Notes: generated by a model not told the origin, from the sequence alone. DNA of 64,000 nucleotides from Candidatus Woesebacteria bacterium GW2011_GWB1_39_10 (GCA_000993205.1 LBVU01000001.1:8155-72154), one strand, 5' to 3'. Counted from the stretch's first letter, positions 36,287-44,815 are shown. Numbers and translations: made by a program.

Positions 36287-38746
36287 ATGCCGGAAACAAT
36301 ACAAATACAAAAACCAAAAAAGAAACACACAAATGGGAAAAGCAAAAAACATTTAACGAATGCAGATTTTGTTTTTGAAGCTCCTGCAAATTCTACGTTA
36401 CTTGAAGGGATAAGAAAAGACGTTTTTCTTGACAGATATTCACTTAAGGACGAAACCGGCACACCGCTTGAGCAGTATCCCGAACAAATGTGGAAGAGAG
36501 TAGCTTTGGGGATTTCCCAACAAGAAAAACCGGCGCTAAGGAAAGTTTGGGAAGAAAAATTCTATAACGCGATGAGCGGATTTAAATTTGTCCCGGCGGG
36601 GCGTATTCTGTCCGGCGCCGGGACTCCTTATCAGGTTACTTATTACAACTGTTATGTAATTCCATCACCCAAAGACAGTCGTGGTGGAATTATGGAAAAC
36701 ATTACGATGACAGTAGAAATTCAGGCCAGAGGCGGTGGAGTCGGGGTGAATTTAAGTTCTTTAAGACCCAGGGGATCAAGAGTTAAAAAAGTAAATGGGA
36801 CCTCCTCCGGCCCTGTTAATTGGGCCGCTCTTTATTCAACGGCAAATCATGATGTGATCCAGCAGGGCGGTTCCCGCCGTGGGGCCCTGATGATAATGAT
36901 TAATGATTGGCACCCCGATGTTGAAGAATTTATTACAGTTAAACAGGATCTCACGAAAATTCCCGGCGCGAATCTTTCAGTATGTGTCTCCGACGCATTT
37001 ATGGATGCTGTTAAAACGGATGCCGATTGGAATTTAGTCTTTCCGGATAATGCCTATTATAAGTACGACGATGAGTGGGATGGAGACTTGGACAAATGGA
37101 AGGAGAAAGATTATCCGCTGATAGTTCACAAAACCATAAAAGCCAGAGAACTATGGAATTTGATTGGAGAAGCAGCATGGAAATCGGCCGAGCCGGGGGT
37201 GGTTTTTATTGACAGGTACAATAAATTGAGTAATACCTGGTATTTTGAAAAAATCATTGCCACCAACCCGTGTGGAGAGCAGGGCTTGGGAGCTTGGGGG
37301 GTTTGCAACCTGGGGCATTTGAATCTTCCGTCATTCATTCACGACGGGGCTGTCGACTTTAAACTTCTTGCAGAACACGCCTCAATTGCTACACGATTTT
37401 TAGACAATGTGGTAGATGCCAACTATTATTTTTATGAAGAAAATAAAAAGGCGCAACTGAATATAAGACGCACGGGACTCGGAACTTTGGGACTTGCGGA
37501 TGCATTAATCAAAATGAAACTTAAATACGGAAGCCCAGAATCCTTGGGGGTTATCGAAAAAATATACACAACGATTCGCGACGCGGCTTATACGACTTCA
37601 GCGCTTCTCGCCAAAGAAAAAGGATCTTTTGGAGGGTTCAGTAAAGAAAAATACCTAAAAGGTGTGTTTATCCAAAAACTTCCGGTAAAAATTAAACACA
37701 TGATTTCTAACCACGGAATAAGAAATGCTATAATTTTGACCCAAGCACCGACCGGTACAATCTCTCTTCTTGCGGGAGTTTCTTCCGGTATCGAGCCGGT
37801 TTACGAATTTAGTTATAAAAGAAACGATAGAACGGGGGAGCATATTGTTAATCACCCTCTTTACGACGAATGGTTTAAGAATCATCCGTCGGAAAAGATT
37901 CCGGATTATTTTGTCAGTGCCAGTGCCTTAACCCCAGAGGATCATGTGAAAGTTCAGGCAATGATCCAAAATTTAACTGACTCCTCGATAAGTAAGACCG
38001 TAAATGCTCCCAATTCTCACACGGTGGAAGATGTTAAAAAACTCTACCAGCTTGCATATGAACTTGGGTGTAAAGGTGTTACATATTTTAGAGACGGAAG
38101 TCGAACCGGAGTGTTATCCAAAGTTGACGACAAGCCTCAAGAAACTAAGTCAATCGTTACAGAACGCCCCTTAAGGGTTGACGGAGCAACATATAGAATT
38201 CCAACCCCGCTTGGTGTTGCCTTTATTACAGTAAATCAAGACCCGCTGGGAAATCCTTTTGAGGTATTTATTACCATAGGGAAGGCGGGAAGTGAGGTGG
38301 CTGCCCTTGCCGAGGCATTGGGTCGTATGATTTCTACAACTCTCAGATTTGGAAATCACAAGCCTCCTATCGAGCGGGCGCGTGAGATTATGGAACAACT
38401 TAAAGGAATTGGCGGAGGCAGATCGGTGGGGTTTGGACCGAATAAAATAAGATCGCTTCCCGATGCTGTGGCACGGGCGATATCTCTTCATTTTGGTTTC
38501 GGGGCTGACAAACACGATGCTGTAAACGGGGTTACTTTGCAGGTTGGAATGACTGTTTTGGCAGATGGTGCAGTACCAATGGACACGGCTTTAGTCGATT
38601 CAGCACCCGTTCCTGCCGCGCCCTCACCTTTGTTTGCTCAGGCACCTGTTAAAGCCGGAGACATTTGCCCTTCCTGCGGAAGTAGCGCCCTAGTTTATGA
38701 AGAGGGTTGTGCAAAGTGCCATGTGTGCGGACATTCAGAATGCTGA
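36287..38746 (+). CDS. nrdJ: adenosylcobalamin-dependent ribonucleotide reductase (class II, NrdJ) with a C-terminal zinc ribbon
   Basis: NPCGEQ active-site motif and CNLG. C-terminal CPSCG...CAKCHVCG. Confidence 0.85.
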   Translation: MPETIQIQKPKKKHTNGKSKKHLTNADFVFEAPANSTLLEGIRKDVFLDRYSLKDETGTPLEQYPEQMWKRVALGISQQEKPALRKVWEEKFYNAMSGFKFVPAGRILSGAGTPYQVTYYNCYVIPSPKDSRGGIMENITMTVEIQARGGGVGVNLSSLRPRGSRVKKVNGTSSGPVNWAALYSTANHDVIQQGGSRRGALMIMINDWHPDVEEFITVKQDLTKIPGANLSVCVSDAFMDAVKTDADWNLVFPDNAYYKYDDEWDGDLDKWKEKDYPLIVHKTIKARELWNLIGEAAWKSAEPGVVFIDRYNKLSNTWYFEKIIATNPCGEQGLGAWGVCNLGHLNLPSFIHDGAVDFKLLAEHASIATRFLDNVVDANYYFYEENKKAQLNIRRTGLGTLGLADALIKMKLKYGSPESLGVIEKIYTTIRDAAYTTSALLAKEKGSFGGFSKEKYLKGVFIQKLPVKIKHMISNHGIRNAIILTQAPTGTISLLAGVSSGIEPVYEFSYKRNDRTGEHIVNHPLYDEWFKNHPSEKIPDYFVSASALTPEDHVKVQAMIQNLTDSSISKTVNAPNSHTVEDVKKLYQLAYELGCKGVTYFRDGSRTGVLSKVDDKPQETKSIVTERPLRVDGATYRIPTPLGVAFITVNQDPLGNPFEVFITIGKAGSEVAALAEALGRMISTTLRFGNHKPPIERAREIMEQLKGIGGGRSVGFGPNKIRSLPDAVARAISLHFGFGADKHDAVNGVTLQVGMTVLADGAVPMDTALVDSAPVPAAPSPLFAQAPVKAGDICPSCGSSALVYEEGCAKCHVCGHSEC

Positions 38747-38768
38747 AAGCATTCTGAATATGAACTCA
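38744..38768. terminator. perfect palindrome TTCAGAATGCT-GAA-AGCATTCTGAA overlapping the nrdJ stop codon, followed by an imperfect long inverted repeat (38772-38855)
   Basis: Read directly from the sequence. No clear T-run. Confidence 0.35.
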
Positions 38769-38861
38769 AATCTAATATCTCAAATCTCAAAACTGTTCTG
38801 GATTTTAAATTTTAGATATAGATTTGAATTTTGATATTTGAGTTTTGAGTTATAATACTTC

Positions 38862-39431
38862 ATGTCAATTTACACAAAAACAGGAGATGAAGGAACTACA
38901 AAGGTTTTTGATAAAAAATCCGGTCAACTCGTTGGCATACGTAAAGATTCTTGTACGATCGCAGCGATTGGCGCCATTGACGAACTGAATTCTTTTTTGG
39001 GAATAATAAAAGCAGAGATATTAGGATATAAAGATACTAAGATATTAAGTGAGAAAAAAACTGCAATAAAAATAGAAGAAATACAGGGGAATCTTTTTAC
39101 GATAAATTCAATTCTTGCCGGGGCAAACCTGAGGTTTTCTAAAACAAAAACTAAAAAACTGGAAAAAGAGATTGATAAATGGGAGGGAGAGTTGCCCGTC
39201 CAAAAAAACTTCATTTTTTACGGGGGAACTCCAAGAGCTTCACAGCTCTTTTATGCGCGTGCCATCTGTCGCCGTGCTGAGCGTGCTCTGGTAGTACAGA
39301 GTACAGAGTACAAAGTACCTAGCGAGTTAATGATGTATATAAATCGCCTGTCTGATTATCTGTTTATGATGGCGAGAAGCGAAAACTTCAAAAATAAAGT
39401 TAAAGAAAATTTTTGGAAAAGTTCAAAATGA
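38862..39431 (+). CDS. pduO: ATP:cob(I)alamin adenosyltransferase, PduO-type, with an in-frame repeat insertion
   Basis: YTKTGDEGTT motif. The QSTEYKV segment is encoded by a heptamer array. Confidence 0.75.
   Translation: MSIYTKTGDEGTTKVFDKKSGQLVGIRKDSCTIAAIGAIDELNSFLGIIKAEILGYKDTKILSEKKTAIKIEEIQGNLFTINSILAGANLRFSKTKTKKLEKEIDKWEGELPVQKNFIFYGGTPRASQLFYARAICRRAERALVVQSTEYKVPSELMMYINRLSDYLFMMARSENFKNKVKENFWKSSK
39294..39318 (+). repeat. tandem heptamer array (AGTACAR)x3.5 inside pduO
   Basis: agtacag agtacag agtacaa agtacc. Confidence 0.8.
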
Positions 39432-39656
39432 ATCTTGCTTAAAATATTCTATCGAGAGTTTTTCGAAAACGCCATCCAGCATTTTTAGTTGCTTATGAAT
39501 ATTATCTAGCGTCTCTTTTAATTCAGGCTTCAGCCTAAAGTCCAACACATTGTTTATTTCAGCATACTGCATTAGCAATTGTTTCCTTCGGTTTTCCACC
39601 CTTTATCTTTTCCGAAAGTTCTTCAGGTTCCATGAATCAATTATACAGCACAGGAC

Positions 39657-39691
39657 TTGACAAACTTTAAGTAACATGTTACTTTATATGT
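39657..39691 (+). promoter_or_regulatory. promoter (-35 TTGACA) plus the 16-bp perfect palindrome AAGTAACATGTTACTT, a candidate antitoxin operator
   Basis: Palindrome at 39669-39684, upstream of the ATG at 39692. Confidence 0.4.
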
Positions 39692-39946
39692 ATGTTAACT
39701 AAACGCACTAATGTATTGTTCACGGAGGAAGATCATGCGATGCTTACCAATTTAGCCAGAGAGTCCAATAAAACAATAGGGGAGCTTGTGAGACATGCTG
39801 TTAAAAAGACATACAAAGCTAGGGTGGTAAAAGGTGGTATTAACAAAAGTTTGGAGCTAGCAATAAAGAAGTCTTGGAAAGCTGTTCTTCACCCCGAAAT
39901 ACCTATTGATTACAAAGCTCTGATTGAATATGGCCGCAAATATTAA
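39692..39946 (+). CDS. RHH (CopG-like) antitoxin
   Basis: 84 aa. N-terminal ribbon-helix-helix-like segment. Confidence 0.5.
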   Translation: MLTKRTNVLFTEEDHAMLTNLARESNKTIGELVRHAVKKTYKARVVKGGINKSLELAIKKSWKAVLHPEIPIDYKALIEYGRKY

Positions 39947-40325
39947 AAATTTTGTTTTAGATGCTTCATTTTTACTATCAGTATTACTTCCAGATGAACA
40001 AGGAACTCAGGTGGCAAAAGCAAACGCCAAACTATTAGTTGACGAAAAAAACAACTTTTTTGCACCCAAATTATTAGAGTTTGAAGTTTTAAATAGTATA
40101 AAAAGCGCAATAGTTAACAAAAGAATTAAGAAGGGTTCGATAAACGATGTACTACACGCGTTTGAAAAAACTAGAATTGTCTATGTAGATATAGATAGGA
40201 AAAAAGTTTTAAATCTTTCGATAAAGAATAGTCTCAGTTTTTACGATGCCTCATATTTATATCTTACTAGAGCAAATAAGACTAAACTACTTACTTTAGA
40301 CAAGAAGCTCAAGATGCTACTATAG
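39924..40325 (+). CDS. PIN-domain toxin (VapC-like)
   Basis: FVLDASFLL and a later SFYDASYL acidic motif. Confidence 0.65.
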   Translation: MNMAANIKNFVLDASFLLSVLLPDEQGTQVAKANAKLLVDEKNNFFAPKLLEFEVLNSIKSAIVNKRIKKGSINDVLHAFEKTRIVYVDIDRKKVLNLSIKNSLSFYDASYLYLTRANKTKLLTLDKKLKMLL

Positions 40326-40388
40326 CCTCCTAGGCTAGAGCTAAAAAGCCATAGCTAAAAAGCTATGGAAGTTTTACAATAAGGTTGT

Positions 40389-40736
40389 ATGGCTGCCACC
40401 CCTGAAACATTAAGACCGGAAGTTCCTCAAGTTGTTGAGCGACAAGAGGAGTTTGTTGTTCCCGAAACTCTTTCGGGGAGTGGGATCAAGGTGGTGCAGA
40501 AAAATTTTAAAGCTCAGGTTAAAAACGATAAAGGAGTTCCCGTCATCCAAACTCCTCCGACCCAAGTAATTACTGTTCAACCTCCTGCAGATACAGTTGC
40601 TCTTACAGCCTGGTCCAAAGGGGACACAACATTGGGAGCGACATGGCTTGGGGTTTTTTGGCTGCGAGTGATCAAAAAGGCATTGCATTTTGGTTGGAAG
40701 GTACTCGGGCTACGCCCGACGGATACTAGTAACTAG
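40389..40736 (+). CDS. small hypothetical protein with a C-terminal hydrophobic helix, upstream of the coupling-protein-like ATPase
   Basis: 115 aa. The last codons plus stop (PTDTSN*) are formed by GATACTAG repeat DNA. Confidence 0.4.
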   Translation: MAATPETLRPEVPQVVERQEEFVVPETLSGSGIKVVQKNFKAQVKNDKGVPVIQTPPTQVITVQPPADTVALTAWSKGDTTLGATWLGVFWLRVIKKALHFGWKVLGLRPTDTSN

Positions 40737-40758
40737 ATACTAGATACTGGCGGCTAGG
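40722..40758. repeat. GATACTA heptamer tandem array (GATACTA GTAACTA GATACTA GATACTG)
   Basis: Read directly from the sequence. Confidence 0.75.
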
Positions 40759-40767
40759 TTTCTAAAT

Positions 40768-43101
40768 ATGTTTATAGATCAGATAAATTTTACCGGCATA
40801 TTGTTTGCAGCGATCGCGATTGCGGTCTTGATTTTAATGCTATCGGCTCTGGGGTATGCAATTTTTATATTTTTTAAGAATAAGAATAGGGAAGAGGCAT
40901 CAATTGATTCGGTTCTTTTGCAGGTGGCGCTTCCCAGGAATAACGAATCAAAAATTGATGTGATGGAGCAGTTGTTTTCATCGCTTTACACCTTAAAGAA
41001 GGGGGGTTGGAAACAGAAGTTTTCAATTCAACCCACAGTTTCTTTTGAAATTGTTGCCAAACAGGAAGATATCAGGTTTTATGTTTGGTGTCCCAAGAAA
41101 ATAAAGGATTTGGTAGAAAAACAAATTAACGGCGCATACGCAGATGCTGAGATAATTGAAATTGACGAATATAACGTTTTTACAAAAGAGGGCAGAGTTG
41201 CTTATAAGTCATTCCAACTGGGTAAAGGCAATTTTTATCCAATCAAAACCTTTAAAGATTTACCCACGGATCCAATGAGCGCCATTACCTCGGCTTTGGC
41301 CAAAATGGGCCCTGAAGAGGCGGCTGTTATCCAGGTGCTACTTTCACCTGCGGAAAGCGATTGGCAAAAAGAAGGGGGAAAGTTTATCTCCGATACTAAA
41401 AAACAGGAAAGCGACCCCGAAAAGGCAAAATATTCTACCCCTGCAAAGACCTTAGAGGCTGTTGAAAATAAAATCGCAAAACCCGGTTTTGAAACCTCTG
41501 TTCGCATTGTGGTCGTTTCGACCGATGAAGATTCAGCAAAAAGCCATGTAACGAATATTGCAGGGGCCTTTGCCCTGTTTGCCGGTGACTTAAACAACCT
41601 AAAAAGCAGAAAAATATGGAGAAAGGGATCGTTTATGGAAGATTTTCTTTACAGGTACCAGCCAATGTTCAATCTTTTTGGGAATCACACATCAATTTTA
41701 AATTCCGAAGAACTTGCCACGATCTTTCATTTTCCCAATAGACAGATAACAACACCTCACATTTTTTGGTTAAATTCAAAAACAGCGCCGGCCCCGGCAC
41801 AAATTCCAACGGAAGGTCTCTATTTGGGGGTAAGCAATTACAGAGGAATAAAGCGTCCGGTATTTTTGGGAAATGAAGACAGAATGAGGCATGTTTACAT
41901 CATCGGAAAAACCGGAACCGGAAAGTCTGAGATTTTGAAGGATATGGTTATTCAGGATATTAAAGAGGGGAAAGGTGTTTGTTTTATGGATCCTCACGGT
42001 GACGCGATTGAAGATATTTTAAAAATGGTTCCGCCGGAGAGGGCCGAAGATGTAATTTATTTTAATCCCAGTGACACTGAAAGGCCTTTAGGGCTTAATC
42101 TTCTTGAAGCCAGAACCGAGGACGAAAAGCATTTTGCCGCAACAGCTGTAATTAACATGATGTACAAACTTTTTGACCCCTACAAAACGGGAATTGTAGG
42201 GCCCAGATTTGAACATGCAGTCAGAAATGCCATGCTTACGGCAATGTACGAGCCGGGAAGCACATTTGTCGAAATTATGAGGATTCTGACCGACTCAAAG
42301 TTTGTTCAAGAGCTTTTGCCAAAAGTTACAGACCCGATTATTAGACGTTATTGGACAGATCAAATTGCCCAGACTTCCGACTTTCATAAATCAGAAGTTT
42401 TGGATTACATTACATCAAAGTTCGGAAGATTCGTTACAAATAAATTAATTAGAAACATAATCGGGCAATCTCAAAGTTCTTTTGATCTACGTAAAGTTAT
42501 GGATGAAGGAAAAATTCTTTTAATTAATTTAGCCAAAGGAAGTTTAGGAGAGGAAAACTCAAACTTTTTAGGACTAATCCTTGTTCCACGCGTTTTAATG
42601 GCTGCCATGAGCAGGGTGGATATGCCGATGGAACAAAGAAAGGACTTTTATTTCTACGTAGACGAGTTTCAGAATTTTGCCACACCAGATTTTGCTGTAA
42701 TTTTGTCAGAGGCCCGTAAGTACCGGCTTGGGCTTTGTGTCGCCAACCAGTTTATAGGGCAAGTTGAAGAAGAGGTTAAAAACGCAGTCTTCGGAAATGT
42801 TGGTACGATTGTCGCTTTCAGAGTTGGTGTAACAGATGCTAATTATTTGGCTCACGAATTTGCTCCCGTTTTCGGTGAAGATGATTTACTTAATGTTGAG
42901 CGTTATCATGCGTTTTGTAAAACAATAGTTAGCAACGAACCCGTTCCTCCTTTTTCAATGGACCTTACAAAAGACATGAGTAAACAAAAAGCCGCCGAGA
43001 GTGAACGAATTGCAGAAATCATAAAAGAAATGAGCCGTCTTAAATATGGACGAGACGAAAAATTAGTGGAAGCGGAGATAACCCGCAGAGCGAAGCTCTG
43101 A
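40768..43101 (+). CDS. FtsK/HerA/TrwB-superfamily P-loop ATPase with an N-terminal TM anchor (type IV secretion coupling-protein-like, TraD/VirD4/TrwB_AAD_bind-like)
   Basis: Walker A YIIGKTGTGKSE and Walker B YFYVDEFQNF. N-terminal TM helix. 777 aa. Confidence 0.55.
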   Translation: MFIDQINFTGILFAAIAIAVLILMLSALGYAIFIFFKNKNREEASIDSVLLQVALPRNNESKIDVMEQLFSSLYTLKKGGWKQKFSIQPTVSFEIVAKQEDIRFYVWCPKKIKDLVEKQINGAYADAEIIEIDEYNVFTKEGRVAYKSFQLGKGNFYPIKTFKDLPTDPMSAITSALAKMGPEEAAVIQVLLSPAESDWQKEGGKFISDTKKQESDPEKAKYSTPAKTLEAVENKIAKPGFETSVRIVVVSTDEDSAKSHVTNIAGAFALFAGDLNNLKSRKIWRKGSFMEDFLYRYQPMFNLFGNHTSILNSEELATIFHFPNRQITTPHIFWLNSKTAPAPAQIPTEGLYLGVSNYRGIKRPVFLGNEDRMRHVYIIGKTGTGKSEILKDMVIQDIKEGKGVCFMDPHGDAIEDILKMVPPERAEDVIYFNPSDTERPLGLNLLEARTEDEKHFAATAVINMMYKLFDPYKTGIVGPRFEHAVRNAMLTAMYEPGSTFVEIMRILTDSKFVQELLPKVTDPIIRRYWTDQIAQTSDFHKSEVLDYITSKFGRFVTNKLIRNIIGQSQSSFDLRKVMDEGKILLINLAKGSLGEENSNFLGLILVPRVLMAAMSRVDMPMEQRKDFYFYVDEFQNFATPDFAVILSEARKYRLGLCVANQFIGQVEEEVKNAVFGNVGTIVAFRVGVTDANYLAHEFAPVFGEDDLLNVERYHAFCKTIVSNEPVPPFSMDLTKDMSKQKAAESERIAEIIKEMSRLKYGRDEKLVEAEITRRAKL

Positions 43102-43190
43102 CGGGGGAGACTAGAGCCTAGATACTTAGATACTGGCAACTTCACTACTTGAGTTTTTCCTTTTAATATCCTAGTATCGGGTATCTAATC
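43100..43190. repeat. TAGATACT repeats (CCTAGATACTTAGATACTGGC ... CCTAGTATCGGGTATC)
   Basis: Shares TAGATACT(T)AGATACTGGC with 40735-40755. Confidence 0.65.
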
Positions 43191-43192
43191 AT

Positions 43193-44056
43193 ATGAATAT
43201 CGGTGTTATTGGCTACGGTTTTGTTGGGCGGGCTACAGGAGAAGGTTTTGTGTCAAATCCAAAAAACAAGGTTTTTTGGTATGACAAATTCAAGGAATCT
43301 CCAAATACGCTGGAGGAGGTTGTAAAGAAGTCAGACTTCGTTTTTGTCTGTGTTCCAACCCCGATATTTGAAGATTACTCCGGAATGGACATGGGTATAG
43401 TTATTGGTGTGGTTGACCAAGTCGCGGAAATTTTGTCCTCCTCCGCTAAAGCTACGGAGGATAAAGTTTTAATTATCAAATCTACATCACTGCCTGGTAC
43501 AGCAAAGAAATTGGCCATCAAGTATCCAAAGATCAACTTTATTATGAATCCGGAGTTTCTTACTCAAAAAAATGCAAACCATGATTTTCTTAATCCTTCA
43601 CGAACCGTGATCGGGGCAGAATCAAAAGATGTTGCCTTAAAAGTAATAAAAATTTATAAAACGATCCTTTCAAAGAATCAGCCATACGTTGTTACTGACA
43701 CCACTAGCGCGGAAGTAATTAAGTATATGAGCAATTTGATGTTGGCCAGTAAAGTCCTTCTTGCCAATGAATTTTACGAATTGTCTAAAAAGGTCGGGGC
43801 AAATTATTTGGATGTTCAAAAAGCGGTCGAAAGTGATCCAAGAATTGGCACACACCTCGGGGTTCCCGGGCCGGATGGCGATATGGGATTCGGGGGAGCG
43901 TGTTTCCCCAAAGACATGGTTGGCATACTCGGATTGGCTAAAAAACTCAAACTGGATGTTTCCGCTCTCGAAGCCATTTGGAAGAAAAATCTCAAAGTTA
44001 GGAAACACAGAGATTGGGAAGAAATGCCACAGGCTTTTAAGAAAGATACTAAGTGA
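43193..44056 (+). CDS. UDP-glucose/GDP-mannose 6-dehydrogenase-family protein (short form lacking the C-terminal nucleotide-sugar-binding domain)
   Basis: N-terminal GYGFVGR Rossmann motif. Catalytic Cys motif GFGGACFPKD. Terminal codons KDTK* come from repeat DNA. Confidence 0.65.
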   Translation: MNIGVIGYGFVGRATGEGFVSNPKNKVFWYDKFKESPNTLEEVVKKSDFVFVCVPTPIFEDYSGMDMGIVIGVVDQVAEILSSSAKATEDKVLIIKSTSLPGTAKKLAIKYPKINFIMNPEFLTQKNANHDFLNPSRTVIGAESKDVALKVIKIYKTILSKNQPYVVTDTTSAEVIKYMSNLMLASKVLLANEFYELSKKVGANYLDVQKAVESDPRIGTHLGVPGPDGDMGFGGACFPKDMVGILGLAKKLKLDVSALEAIWKKNLKVRKHRDWEEMPQAFKKDTK

Positions 44057-44095
44057 TTAGATACTAAGATACTAAGTAGGGATACAAAGCAGCTT
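44040..44095. repeat. GATACTAAG(T) tandem repeats
   Basis: agatactaagtgattagatactaagatactaagtaggg. Homologous to 33397-33425. Confidence 0.7.
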
Positions 44096-44120
44096 CAGAA
44101 TGGTATAATAGCCTCATTAC

Positions 44121-44192
44121 AGGCCTGTCGTTCAACGGTTAGGACACTTGTCTTATAAACAGGTGACAATGGTTCGACTCCATTCAGGCCTA
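44121..44192 (+). tRNA. tRNA-Ile with anticodon UAU (CCA not encoded)
   Basis: Manual cloverleaf fold. Acceptor AGGCCTG/CAGGCCT with A73, close to the E. coli tRNA-Ile acceptor. D-stem GTTC/GGAC. Anticodon stem CTTGT/ACAGG with loop CTTATAA. T-arm AATGG-TTCGACT-CCATT. Confidence 0.65.
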
Positions 44193-44204
44193 CACAGAAT
44201 TAAA

Positions 44205-44240
44205 TTTGACCAATTTGGCTAATTAGTCTAACTTGGGTAT
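44205..44240. repeat. direct repeat, left copy (CCAATTTGGCTAATTAGTCTAACTTGGG), flanking the four-helix-bundle gene
   Basis: The right copy at 44765-44815 overlaps the last codons of the ORF. Confidence 0.6.
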
Positions 44241-44789
44241 ATGGGTGGCTACAAAAACCTTCTTGTTTACAGGCTATCTGTAACAATTTTTGATTTTACT
44301 GTTATTTTTTGTGATAAATATTTATTTGATTTGAAGTTCAAAAGAACCGTTGAGCAAATGGTTCAGGCCGGGAGAAGTGGCAAACAAAACATAGTCGAAG
44401 GCTCTAAGGAAATTTCTTCAGCCTCGGACATGATGCTTACCAGTGTTAGTAGGGCTTCTTACTCGGAACTTTCAGAAGACTATGAAGACTATTTAAGGCA
44501 ACGGCATTTACCAATTTGGGATAAAAATGATCCGAGAGTGTTAAAAATTAGAAGTTTTAAAGAAACAATTAGCAAGGAAACTAGTTTGTCCAATTTGTCA
44601 AAGTGGACCAATTTAGACTACAACAACTCTGAAAACTTTGCAAATTTAATGGTTTGTTTGTGTATGAAACAGGGCTATTTGTTAGATCAACTTATAAGGG
44701 CAAAAGAACAAAAATTCGTACAAGAGGGTGGATTTAGGGAAAACTTGTTTAAGAAGCGCAGGGAAAACAAATTTGGCAAATTGGACTAA
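44241..44789 (+). CDS. four-helix-bundle protein (23S rRNA intervening-sequence protein-like / TIGR02436-like)
   Basis: Core RTVEQMVQAGRSGKQNIVEGSKEISSASDMMLTSVSRASYSELSEDYEDYL resembles the four-helix-bundle family consensus (R.A.SI..NIAEG ... GS..EL). Confidence 0.5.
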   Translation: MGGYKNLLVYRLSVTIFDFTVIFCDKYLFDLKFKRTVEQMVQAGRSGKQNIVEGSKEISSASDMMLTSVSRASYSELSEDYEDYLRQRHLPIWDKNDPRVLKIRSFKETISKETSLSNLSKWTNLDYNNSENFANLMVCLCMKQGYLLDQLIRAKEQKFVQEGGFRENLFKKRRENKFGKLD

Positions 44790-44815
44790 TTAGTCTAATT
44801 GGGCAAATTAGAGTT
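44765..44815. repeat. direct repeat, right copy (CAAATTTGGCAAATTGGACTAATTAGTCTAATTGGG)
   Basis: Matches 44205-44240. Confidence 0.6.
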
